From Octopus sinensis (Eukaryota), in assembly GCF_006345805.1 (NCBI RefSeq), contig NC_043015.1, forward strand, positions 15,004,001 through 15,068,000: DNA of 64,000 bases, given 5' to 3'. Below are positions 42,793-54,909 of this stretch, one piece after another. Both the position numbers and the translations under genes were made by a program. Each line of letters begins with the position of its first letter. The first letter of the stretch is position 1. The notes under the pieces were generated by a model that was given only the letters and a program-made list of their open reading frames with translations, ran no database searches and was not told the DNA's origin.

Positions 42793-42850
42793 CAAACAAC
42801 AACAACAACACCAATAATAATGATGATAATAAGCAGTAGCAGTAGGAGTA
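42663..42850. repeat. (AAT)n/(AAC)n/(AGT)n trinucleotide array
   Basis: Direct inspection. (AAT)n also at 35402-35460, 35617-35683, 36510-36599, 37428-37478 and 40365-40397. Confidence 0.95.
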
Positions 42851-43507
42851 GTAAGGAAACAAGAAATTGAAAGCTATCAAAAGTTATCTGAAAATTGTAA
42901 GAATACTCTTTGTTGCTTTGTGAAAACCTAAAGGAATAAATTATAATTAGTTGTGGCAAATAAAAAAACTCCAACAAAGAGTGCTTCAATTCTATCCACT
43001 GATTTCAGACAAATTTACTTTTTAAGTTCCATGTCAAAGCCATAGAGAAATTAACTCCTGATGATTATCTATTTGGAAATAATGAACTTGAAATAGACTA
43101 TAATTAGGAATTATAGTCACAATTCTTTAGACCTATATGCAGCTGTGCTGGGGCAGACCTAATGAAAATGTGATCATATTAGAATTTCTGGAAGTAAAAA
43201 TAATGATGAAAAACAATATGAGCATTGAAAAAAAAAAAGAAAACAGAAGGGAGAGATTATGACAAGAAATCTTTGCTAAGATGTTAAGAGATTTGAGAAA
43301 TGAGTGTGTGCTACTTTAATCATAATGAGCTTAATTGAAAGAAACCCAAAACAGCCTATTAGAAGATTAACTAAGTCAGACAAAACTGTCAGTCATAATA
43401 AAAAAAATTTTAAAAGCTCAGTATGGATTACAAAGGAGACTTGACTAAGGCAGAGAAATTAGAATAGGAATGATGTAATGTATTAGATTGAATTTTTTAA
43501 AAATGCT

Positions 43508-43760
43508 TGGTATGGCTGTGTGGTTAAGAGGTTTGCTTTACAACCACATTATTTTGGGTTCAGTCCTACTGTGCAGCAACTTAAGCAAGTGTCTCCTACT
43601 GTAACCCTGTGTTCTCCAGTACCTTGTGACTGAATTTGGTAGATGGAAACTGTGTAGAAGACCATCATGTGTGTGTGTGTGGTGCTTGTATCTGTTCTCT
43701 CTCACTAGTTGACACGTTGTTGGTTTGTTTATGTTCCCTTTACTTAGCAGTTTAGTAAGA
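43508..43760 (+). mobile_element. SINE family A copy, diverged
   Basis: tatggctgtgtggttaagagg...gggttcagtcc head and body. Confidence 0.75.
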
Positions 43761-44889
43761 TAAAGAGGGCAATGGTGCTGGTGATGAAGATGCGTTGAGA
43801 CATATCCTTGAGGGACATTGGAGGTGGTGAGAATAAGTGAGGTGTGATACAGAGGTTTGGACTGGGTGAGCGGGCAGTGTACAGGTGACTGTAATGAATA
43901 ATGGAGTGGAATATAGGAGAGACTCTCGGAGGTGGAGGTTGTGGTAGATACATGAGGACATTGAGGATGATAATGGATAAGCTAAGTGTTAATGATGAAG
44001 AATGAGACACTGGGGAGAGAAGGCACAGAAGGATCGTGATTGGTGGAGATAATGAGTGGGGGAAGACAATGGGAAATGGAAGTGATTTGTGGGGGTGGGG
44101 TGGGGCAACCGGGGAAAGCAGGAGGGTGTAGCATGTGTCTACTTTGCTCTCAGGTGATAGAGAAGTGATGGAACAATAATTGAACAATAAATAATAGCAG
44201 CATCTTAGCCCACTTACTTCTTAAATATGTTTACAATGGAATTAAAGATAAATACATAATATTTTAATTGGTATTTAAGGATATTTTTAAATATATTTTT
44301 TTAACAAAGTATTAAACTGTGACTTAGTATTAAAACCTTAAAATTTGGTTAATACAAATTAAATAAGAATGAGCAGTTATTTAAAAATATTAAATTCTAT
44401 TTACAAGTTTCTCTAGCATCACATATTTTATATTTCCCAACAATTTGTATCAAGTTAATATTGATTTTAAATTTTGACACAAAGCCAGCAATTTCAGGGG
44501 TTGGGGTAAGTCAGTTCCATCAACCCCACAATGTTCAACTGGTACTTATTTTATTGACCCCAAAAAGACGAAAGGTAAAGTCAACCCCGGCAACATTTGA
44601 ACTCAGAACAAAGTTGTAAGAAATGCAGTTAAGCACTTTCTCTAGTACAGTAGCAATTCTGCCAGCTTTCACTTAGTATCCAGTTAATATTAATATGCAA
44701 TAAAGGTGGTGAGCTGTAAGAATCTCTACTGTGCTGGGCATTTTATCTGTCCTTACGTTCTGAGTTCATATTCCACCGGGGTTGACTTTGCCTTTCATCC
44801 TTTTGGGGTTGGTAAAATAAGCCCTGAAATTGCTGACCTTGTGCCAAAATTTAAAAACAATATTAATATGCAATATTAAATATGAGCAA

Positions 44890-45246
44890 AGTGTCCCCCC
44901 ACCCCCGTCCAATTGGACAGTGCTGAGTTGTCAAACATTTAAACCAAATTTTCTCAAAACAATTTGTCCGACTGTCCCATAGGCCTCCCCTTTGAGAAAC
45001 ACTGATTTAACCTAAATTTGAGACACCAGCAAAAGAAGAAATAAAGATAGACTTTTTTTCTATTCCAAAGAATGCTTTATCGATTGCATTCTCACCTGGA
45101 ATCAATTTTTGTAATTTTTTCAAGACTTAAACACGCCCTGATACCATTGGTATCTACATATCAAATTTGAGCGCAATCGGATGGAGGATGCCCAAGAACC
45201 TAGAAGACACACATACAGACAGACAGAATGGATTTTATATAACAGA
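44890..45246 (-). mobile_element. Non-autonomous Helitron-like element, 5' part
   Basis: Minus strand A|TCTGTTATATAAAATCC then (tctg)n and ccgattgcgctcaaatttg, the same architecture as 58211-58592. No 3' CTAG seen. Confidence 0.55.
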
Positions 45247-45521
45247 TTAAAGTAAAAGTTTAATAATGCTTAATATACAGATATGAGCAAAATATTTGGG
45301 TTTTTCATAGAAGGAAGATGATTTTTTTCCCCTTTTCACTGTTTACAATCAATTTTTAATAAAATAAAACAAAGGAAGAATAAATATAACAGTACAAGCG
45401 ATTTGAAAATATCACTTGTTTATATTTATAGACAACACATTATAAACAATATTGATAGCACACAGTCAAAACAAAATGTTTACTTGATCATTTTCTCCTA
45501 CAAAAGCAAAACTGATTTTGT

Positions 45522-45910
45522 TCTTTTATCTTCTAACTTTTACTGGTTTCAATCATTAGACTGTGGCCATGCTGGGGTACTGCCTTGAAAAATTTTGAAT
45601 CAAATGATTCAACCCCAAGACTTACTTTTTTAAAGCCTTGTACTTATTCTATTGGTCTCTTTTGCTGAACTGCTAAGCTACAGGGACATAAACACCGACA
45701 CTGGTTATCAAGCAGTGGTGGGGAGGACAAATACAAACACACACATGCACAACGAGCTTTCACTTTCCATCTACCAAATCCACTCACAAGGCTTTGGTTG
45801 GCCTGAGGCTAAAGTAGAAGACATTTGCCCAAGGTGTCACGTAGTAGGACTGAACCGGGAATCATATGGTTGGGAAGAAAACTTCTTACCACACAGCCAC
45901 GCCTGCACCT
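45522..45910 (-). mobile_element. SINE family A copy, diverged
   Basis: Reverse complement colinear with 6588-7010. Confidence 0.85.
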
Positions 45911-46075
45911 ATCTCTCAATAAATATGCTTTTTTTTGTTTTTATTCATTCTTGTTAATCAATTCAAATAGTGCAATCCTGTGAGTATCATGAAAGGAGTT
46001 ACAAGACCTCATTGTTAACTGATAATGATGCATTGTGTTCACATCTAAATAATTGGGTTAAGCAAGAGTTAAGTC

Positions 46076-46257
46076 AAGAGTTATGTCCCTTAGCACAAAA
46101 GCCTGCCTCTGGGAATGTTGCAAGGCGACAAGTTTTCTGGAATGTGTGTATGGGAAATGTGTGAGTACAACCCCTGAAAACACACACATTTCCAGAAAAC
46201 TTGTCACCTTGCCACAGCCCCGAAGATAGGTTTTTGGTGCTAAGGGACATAACTCTT
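46076..46257. repeat. Long imperfect inverted repeat (182-nt hairpin)
   Basis: Perfect 21-bp outer stem 46076-46096/46237-46257; inner ~30-bp stem 46120-46149/46180-46212. Confidence 0.9.
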
Positions 46258-46495
46258 AACTGAACCCAGTCTTGTTTTGTCTCATCGTCTTTCTCACAGC
46301 AACCACAAACCAGATGTCTTCTCAACTTCAACAGTAGAGAGCAGTTGCCATATTTTCTTCCATAACTGCCTTCTCTGAAGAGTGCAGGGTTACATAACAT
46401 GGAATCCACAATGTGAAACTCACTGGTAAGATAGGCTGTATGGATATTTAATAATGTACACTTAAATTAATACACACACACACACACACACACGC

Positions 46496-46609
46496 ACAAA
46501 TGTCACTAAATGTAACTAGGGTGTTAGAAAACACTTATATTGCTTAGCTCTTATTTCTAGCAATGTAGGTGTGTTTTCTAACACCCTAGTCACATTTTGT
46601 GACATTTGT
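46496..46609. repeat. 114-nt hairpin / MITE-like inverted repeat
   Basis: 39-bp arms with 2 mismatches (acaaatgtcac...gaaaacac / gtgttttc...gtgacatttgt), extended by ttatattgct/agcaatgtag. Confidence 0.9.
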
Positions 46610-46669
46610 AATTCTCCTTTTTATGAAGCATTGCAAACTGCTGGTCAAATTAATTTCATATATATGTTA

Positions 46670-46830
46670 TACAACAGGCTTCCACACACTTTCTAGTCTC
46701 CAAATTCACTCACAAGGCTTCGGTTAGCCAAAGGCTATAGTTGAAGACACTTGCTGCACAGTGGGATTGAACCCTAAACTGTATAGTTACAAAGTGAGCT
46801 TCTTAGCCATACAGCCATGCCTGTGCCAAT
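46670..46830 (-). mobile_element. SINE family A, 5' half
   Basis: caaattcactcacaaggctt...tgaaccc...acagccatgcctg. Confidence 0.75.
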
Positions 46831-47769
46831 GTCAGACAAATTGGGAATAACTTTGTTATATTTACTAAAAGAAACAAATTATGAGTATCAGCAGTTGTAT
46901 TTCTGATCACTGTTCAAATCCTGATAAAGAAAGTTTTTAGAAAATGTGTTTTAAATATTTGGACAAGGGATAAATATTTCATTTCTGACAAAAGTCACAA
47001 CCTCTTTAGACATGCAAAATACCCCTCATAGTACTCTCTTGAGAGCTCATAATGTCCCCAGGTTGTGCTATTTCCCAGGTTAAAAAAGAAAATGACTGCA
47101 CTGTGGCTGACTGTCATGGTACAATTTTCATCACTTGGCAGAACAGTTCTGCCAAGCATCATTTTAATTAAAATTATCTATTTGTTTTTGTACCTAAAAG
47201 CATATACTTTATTAATTCTAATTTCCAAAATATTGTTTCTTAGTATCAAGATGGTAAGTCTCATAATTTATTGCATCATGTTCAGCACTTCATGTGTCAG
47301 AGTATAAAATCTGCTAGGCAGCTTTGTCATTCATTGACCAAATTTTAAGTGGATTAAAAAACTGTGGCAGCATACAAAGATCAATTCAGTGAACTGGATC
47401 AATTCAGTCAACTAACTAATTAAATCTGCCTTATGAAAAAAAAAAAAATCCAATCATCTGTTTAGGTGCTTCCATTAGAGCCTTTCAAATAAGAGTTTAT
47501 TTCCACCAAACACACATTTTACAGGAGGATGTCAATTCTAAAGAGAATAAAGAGAAATGGTCATGGTTGAAAAATGAAATTAGGTTACATATTTGGTTTT
47601 TTCATCATCATCATTTCACATCCACTTTTCTATGCTTGCATGGGTCAGATGGAATTTGTTGAGGTGGATATTCTACAGCTAGATGCTCTTTTTGTCACCA
47701 ATCCTCACCTGTTTCCATCAGTGTGAGGATATTTATATGAATGTAGAAAAAGACTCAAAACTCATTAAA

Positions 47770-49000
47770 GAAAAACTCTATTTGAAAACAAATTGATATC
47801 AATTACCGAGAGTCTTTTTTTATCACACTTTTTCAATGAAGCTACCATTAGCATCAATGGATGTTTCAAGTTGGGGTTGGAAGTGTTGACTCCCCTGAAT
47901 CAGATCTTTATCAATCTTGGACAAAGAACTAGTTATGGCAGACTTGAGAGATTGTATGGTGCTATGGGGTGTTGGCTGGCCTCACTTTTGACTATGCCCC
48001 ATACATAATAGTCCAATGAATTGAGGTTTGGTGAGGTCTGGGAGAACATGATCATAGAGATGGCATGCATCCACATTTGGGTTGTTCTAACCTTATGAAA
48101 TGGCATAAAGTCTTGTTGGAAAACTTACAATCTTCTGTTCCATATGCTGTCTATCCAGAGCCTCACAACTTTCTCCAACACCTCCGTATAGATAGTAGCA
48201 TTAACCCTTAAGCCCTGTGAAAAAAAAAATGAGGGTGCATGACATCTCCCTTGTTGCTAATGACTCCCAGAGCTGTCATATTTGCTGGGAACTTTGTAGG
48301 CATGATTGTTGGAACCTCTTTTGGGCCTCTCAACCATTTATTTGTTGTTCCTTGGTGTGATCGATGTTTTTCTCATCAGAGAAAAATCAAAGCATTCCAG
48401 CCTCTTGGTATTTCAACTTGTTTAGCAAACACTTTTGCACAGATTGAATGAATCTCTCTTGTCACAAAACATCTCATAATTCTTAGTTATTTTGAAAATG
48501 AAAACCTGAAGGTGGAATGTATTCTTGTTAGAAATATTGTTACAAATGAGTTCAAGTCATAGTTGAGAGCTACATACCTCTACTAATAATGTGATAGCCT
48601 TAAGCATCCTTAATCCACCAGTCATACTATCTTTTCGTTTATGATGGTGCTGTGAAGGTACATGGCTTAGTGGTTAGGGTGTTTGGCTCACGATCATGAG
48701 ATCATGAGTTCAATACCTGGCAGCTGGCCAAAATGAGATGTACTAGTATTTCAAAGGGCCAGCCTTGTCACATTCTCCCTGAGAACTATGTTAAGGGTAC
48801 ATGTGTCTGTGAAGGGCTCAGCCTCTTGCATGTTAACTTCATGAGCTGGTTGTTCTGTTGACTGAATCAACTGACCACCCATTGTCATAAACCAACGGAG
48901 TGCCAGTTTTTATGATGATGCTCAATAACATTTTGAATATTTATGAACCCCCTCAACAAATAGCTGCTATTACTTCATGCTGCCTTCATTTTGTTTACTA
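47770..49000 (-). mobile_element. Decayed maT/DD37D-like transposase, interrupted by a SINE
   Basis: Minus strand encodes PHSTIQSLKSAITSSLSKIDKDLIQ...IDANGSFIEK, the C-terminus typical of this family. Boundaries approximate. Confidence 0.65.
48645..48910 (+). mobile_element. tRNA-derived SINE (distinct family) nested in the maT-like element
   Basis: Box A/B-like head (tggcttagtggttagggtg...gagttcaatacctgg) followed by a SINE-like body that interrupts the transposase remnant. Confidence 0.7.
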
Positions 49001-49228
49001 TATCTTCAGATGATTACAAATGTTCGATTTCAACTGCCACTTCCTGACCTCAAAATAAACATTAAAATCCTCCAGGTTGAATATTTAAAAAATTGTTTCA
49101 TATAAAAAAAGCCTGCAACAGCAAATGTTCCAACATCTTGTATTCAATGTAATACTTGCCCCAAATATTTCCTTAATTTTGGGAGACTGTTATTTCTCTT
49201 TTGTTGTATATATCTATATATATATATA

Positions 49229-49345
49229 ACGGGAAGCTTTATGAAAATAGACAAAAGACGAAGGCACGATTACGGAAATAAACAAAAGACGAAGGCAGGT
49301 GGAATACAAACAAACAATTGTATTAGTATGGCGCTCAGGAAATAC
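49229..49345 (-). mobile_element. 3' half of a Penelope-type pLTR repeat with an internal duplication
   Basis: cgctcagga/ttagtat motif shared with 33607-33703; acaaaagacgaaggca occurs twice. Confidence 0.5.
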
Positions 49346-51604
49346 ATAATACATAGATCAAAAGTCTATTTCAGATTAAAAATTAGAGCTTATCTCGCCA
49401 AGAATTAAGGTAACATCGAATTACTTCCCTTGTTATAGTAATTATGAATTTCCTCTCGAGATTTGACTAATAAAATTTCGGATCGTTTTAAATGATTCAA
49501 GGTAGGGAAAAAAGAACTTTAAAATTAGGGAAACTGTTTTAGAACAAAGAATGTCTTGGTACCTTTATGGATAAATTCTGTTGTGTCTGGGGAGAGTCAT
49601 TTTCTTTTTGTGTCTTATAATGTAACACACTCACTGGTGAAATTTCCACTTATTTCTTATTTTCCTAAAATTTTCGTTGCGTCTTGCAACCTTTTCAATG
49701 GATAAAGTTATACAAATACTGCAATGGAACTTTGACAGAAATTATAAAAAATATCTTGTATATAAGAACTGTTATCCAAAAATTTCCAAGAATATTTTAA
49801 GCTGAATTACCGCACATTAGTAATTCAAGTAGGTGTTTGAATAATTATTAGAGGTATTAATTAAAATTAGTAAGGTAGGGAAACATTATAGGGACAACAA
49901 TATAAATTGTTTAATTACATTTTCAATAGTATAATGTCATGAATTAAGCAGTAACAAAGACTAAAATTCTACATTATTTGCTCAAGCAGAATTATTTCAA
50001 TTAGTTTCTGAAAACTTATGTTACCAGTGGAGAGGGTAAAAGAGAAAGCAAGGTTCAAATTTATCTTTTGGCTCCTTAAATGTGTGGAATTTATTCTTCA
50101 AAAGTGAACTCTAAAACACTGTAATACAAATAAAAACAAGAGACTCAGGTATTTTAATATACATTTTATTTTCACAAATGAAATCATACCAATATTGGGA
50201 TGGTGACCTTTATCCTACCAAAAAAAAAAAAAAAATCTCTAATTTATATGGCACTTTGTAACAGGCTCTTTTAATGTGATTTTCTAGAAAGGAAAATAAA
50301 ACCCTTTCTGCTATAGACATAAGGCCTGAGAAAGGAAAGACGAAAGTAAAATGACAACTAGCTGTCTTATGAGAAACAGTTTAACCATACCTCCATCCAA
50401 AGCTCCAATAATAATTTATGATTTATTGGCTGGTATTTATAATTTCAGTTCATTGAAAAATATAATAGGTATCGAACATTCTAGAAGGAATATATTCCAT
50501 AATTTAACAACTTACTCCAACTCATTAAACAGAAATTTTTTTGCCAATCTGACAGAAAATTGTATAAAGATAAAGTGAGAGAAAATTAGTCGCCAAATTA
50601 CATCAACATTACTCTTTTTTTAAATGTAATATTTATTACATGTGAAACTATTGTCTTTGTATATGGTGTATAGAAATAGCAGTTAGACTGATATTATCAA
50701 TTATTAATTCACTTGAAAGTAGTGTAGAGTCGATTCATTTGTGGGTTAGATTATAATGTCTCTAAGTAGATTGATTCATTGATAGTAAAAGGAGTTTAGT
50801 TGATGTGGGTTGTTAATATTTCAGGTTAATAAATTACTAGTTCAACTGTTAACTGCTTTCAGATTAAATGAAGAATATCTTTGAAAAGTGTTTAAAATAA
50901 TGGCAAAAAAAATACCCCAAAAAAACTATCTATTATATCCCATAATGCTAATATGTGCCAATACCCCTTACTAGAAAATAAAATTATAAATATTCAAAAT
51001 GATTCACCATCAAAACTCAAAATAATCAAAATAATTAAACCCAGATGTAGAAGATTTTGAAACTTATTTATATTGAACATTGTTCTTTTTTATAGAGATT
51101 TTGAAAGCAATGAAAGTCAAATGGATTTGCTTTTGGATAGTATCACAGTTGTGATGTTAAAGTAAATAAACATGTATTAGCTATATTATCATATTTAAAA
51201 AATATATTTTTCAGCCAGAATAATATTTATTTATTTATATAATTAAATAACAATAAAGATGAGCAGGTCACAGGTGAAATCATTCACTAGTGAAATCCTT
51301 AAATATGCAAGATGTAGAGCTTTCCTCTCTGAGGCAGCAGTATATGACTATTGATCAAAGGAACTCTGCAACATTATATCTGTTACAGGTGGGAAACCCT
51401 TTTTTGTTTTTTTTTTCCACATTTACCAAATATATAATGTTATTCAATCTTAGACAAAATTTAAGAGAGACTGCCTTTCTATCTCTCTTTTTCTCTGACA
51501 CATGGTTTCTATGTAAGGAATATCACATTATCATCTTTTCTTCCTCAATATCATCATTACTATATATACACACACACATGTATATATACACATATGTATA
51601 CAAA

Positions 51605-51642
<38 letters not shown>

Positions 51643-53431
51643 AATTATTAATGTCCATATGTGAATCTTTCTGATATAGATTACGTTAGTGTCCTTATTC
51701 TTAAGGTTTCATTATCTGTTAATATTTATATATATATATACACACACTCACATGCATGAATATATATTTTTATATGCATGATTTAACTGAAAAGATTAAT
51801 GAAAGTAAAGATTAAATGTAAATATGAGCAACAAAGATGAGAGAGAGAGAGATTCTGAAATGAGTGTTTATATGGAGAAAGACCATTGACATTTGGACAT
51901 CAGTAACATATATATATATATACATAACACAACTATAAATAAAGAAGAAAACAATGTGATATTCATTAGAGGAATCATGTGTCAGAGAAAAATTTTTTAA
52001 ATGCAGAGAGAATAGATGCAGAGGTTGATTTGGGGTTGTGTTTTCTGTCTCAAATTATTTAATATTTTTTAAAACTTTCATGTGCTAATTACTAATAAAT
52101 TTCTAGCCACTGAAGTAGTCTACAATGTGGGACAAGGTTCTATTTTACCTATTATCATGATTAAAATTATTATAAGTAATTAAATAGCAAATCATTTATT
52201 CCTAAATGGTCGTAAGTATTGGTAATCAAAAATGTAGACTCTTGCAATGCAAAGAAAGAACAGCATTTGCTAAACACTAAATATATATGTAAATATTTAG
52301 GAATGCCAATATTTGTAAGTAGATATGCCAACAAAATAGAATATTTAGATGAAGCAATAGTGCTATAGAAAGATTATAGAAAATTGAGATTCTAATAAAT
52401 TCTGGTCATGATAGATGAAGAATGTATATAGGTAAAAAAATACTAATGTGAGAGGATGTAACTAAAGTTTTAATATATTCTAGGGTTATCTTTTATAGCG
52501 TTCTACTTTTATAGAGAACTACAGAATGCTTAATTTGTTGTGAAATTCATTATTTGTGAATCCAATGTGATGGAACCTATACAAATATGTATTAATTAGG
52601 ATAGTGAAATTAGAAGAACATGTTGCCATTATTAACTATGTGTTTGATTAGTAAACTGTCTTTGTTGAATACTTACAATAGTTGTAAATTAATTGCAGTA
52701 AGAAGCAGTTGAAGACTTTGTAGATGTAAGAAGAAATATATCAGAGGAAATAATTCCAGTTAGATGACATATAGTAAGTAATAGGTTTACCATGTAATAA
52801 CTGTTGGTAGATGTCATTGGGTAGTCGTAAATTTTCTTGGTAGATTATGAAAATATCAGCCTTTGAAAATTTTATTTAAATAAAGTTGTTTGAAGATTGT
52901 TTTGTCCTTAGACACATGTTTTACAATCTAAAAAGTAGTTAACTCATAATAATGAAGGGACCATATTCAATGTGATATTTCTGCAGTTTCTGGTGAATTC
53001 TTTAATGCCATTCTCAGCATATTCATGAGGCTTCAAAAGACTGCTATGAATTCAACCTTGATGTGTATGCTTAAAATTTAGCTAAATCACAAATTTATTG
53101 TATGTGCAAAGTAAATAAATAAATTATATGATTGTTTGTATGCATACGAATGTTTTGATAATAAATTAATATGAATAAATCTAATGTGAATCAATATCAC
53201 TTATAACATTCACTTCAAATTGACTTAAGCATAGAACCAGAAGTGTAAGAAGATGAAAAAAAGGAGTAGTACAGAAAACAGACCCTTCAACTACAATATA
53301 ATTAGTAAAATTGAATTAATGAGTAAAGTGATGACAGCAAAGTCAAAAGTATTATCAATAATGTAAGGTTAGAAGTCCACAAATGTAAATGTAAGTAAAA
53401 GATTTCTAAGCCATATTAAGTATGTTTATAT

Positions 53432-53468
<37 letters not shown>

Positions 53469-53807
53469 GATATAGATATATATATATGTGGGTAAGTGGA
53501 AGTAGTGTGCAGTAGCAGTGCATTAATAAAGCAGCAATATAAGTTAGTAATAGTTATCATGAGAAAGTTAATGTAAAATTAAATATGCTGTAATAGATAA
53601 AGCTAAATTTACAAAGGGAAACACAAGACTGAAAAATAGGAAAGATTTCAACAGGATCTTCACTTTGGTTTGGTTTAGAAGGTTGAGCAGGTAGCTTATA
53701 CAGAAGCAGTCTAGGAAAGGTGTGAGTTATTCCAAGAGCCATCTAAATAAATGAAGCTTACAGTGGCTTACATTTTATTCAACTTTCAGCAATAACAACT
53801 TAATTCT

Positions 53808-53879
53808 TCATGCTACTTGTTCATATTTGGCCTTATTAATGCTTTTGGCCAAACAGCATGCAAGGATAGCTCCCAGGAG
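53808..53879 (-). CDS. TSPAN7: Tetraspanin last coding exon: TM4 end, palmitoylation-type cysteines and YxxPhi tail
   Basis: Acceptor tatttctttctattgcag|CTC; translates LLGAILACCLAKSINKAKYEQVA* (TGA at 53808-53810). Resembles the vertebrate TSPAN7 end LIGMLLACCLSRFITANQYEMV as I recall it. Confidence 0.95.
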   Translation of the reverse strand, partial: LLGAILACCLAKSINKAKYEQVA

Positions 53880-53953
53880 CTGCAATAGAAAGAAATATAG
53901 GAAAACATGAATTCAGTGGACATATAAATAAACACACACACACACACACACAC

Positions 53954-54014
<61 letters not shown>

Positions 54015-54900
54015 TTATCGTCATCCTTTTACACCCGCTTTTCCATGCTTGCCTGAGTTGAATGGGTCTTGCAACCTTTGTGAGGTCCATCAGCCTGAAA
54101 TCAGCTTCCATCAATTCCTCGTAGGTCTTCCTCTTCTCCAGGTTCCTTTCATTTTGAATATTTGGTACTTCTTTATCCAACTCTCATTCTACACATTACT
54201 TAACTCACAACTTGATGATGGTATCTCTGTGCATGATTTCCATGTCTCTCACAAACCATTCATTGATACCATGTGATCTTAAAGACTACCAGACTGCTCT
54301 GTCAAAGGCTTCCTTCGAGTCAAGAATAGCTGGCCGTAATGGTTTATTCTCAGTAAAGAACTTGTCTTACTATGAAGACATGTGAGTTATTTTTCTTCTG
54401 AATCTGTCATAATCCTTTGTTACTCTCATATCTTGGACCATCAATAACATCTCTGTAGTTGTTTTAATTTAGAATATCTCCTTTGTCTTGATAATTGTTG
54501 TTACTAATAAATCAGTCATTGGGTATAGAATCTCCCTATGTGACCTGATTAACTACACAAGTGACAAGTGCATGACCTACTTTGCCAAATATGTTCAGCA
54601 TTTCAATGAACGTTCTTACTTTCCCTGCCTTCAACTATATAATAGTGAACCCTGTTGGGTCTATGTGGTGTAGATCCCTACCCACTCTCTCTATGAATTG
54701 ACCTCATTCAAGAAGCTCTCAAACTAATATTTTCGTGGTTCTTCTCACAATCAGGGAGGACAGGTGTACCACTATCATTTCCACACATTTTACTTCAATG
54801 ATATTGGTTCACACTGAGACACTGCTTTGCTAACTAGAACACCTTAAACTTTTGATAATCTTCAATCACTACATTGGCAAACATTTAGCTTCTCATTTTG
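54015..54900 (-). mobile_element. RTE LINE 3' fragment in the tetraspanin intron
   Basis: Minus strand reads ...KTYEELMEADFRLMDLTKV followed by the RTE tail caagcatggaaaagcgggtgtaaaaggatgacgat. Confidence 0.65.
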
Positions 54901-54909
54901 CCACATATA

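Noticed and set aside
35617-42900. Repeat-spacer-like alternation suggestive of CRISPR
   Set aside because: Repeats are microsatellites and SINE fragments of irregular length, the context is eukaryotic, and there are no cas genes.
50025-50110. Minus-strand open frame SSLLKNKFHTFKEPKDKFEPCFLFYPLH between AG and GT
   Set aside because: Weak acceptor; phase incompatible with the 50516-50548 candidate; downstream of the tetraspanin stop.
52300-53100. Possible Penelope RT remnant on the minus strand
   Set aside because: Too decayed; only vague motif resemblance, needs a profile search.
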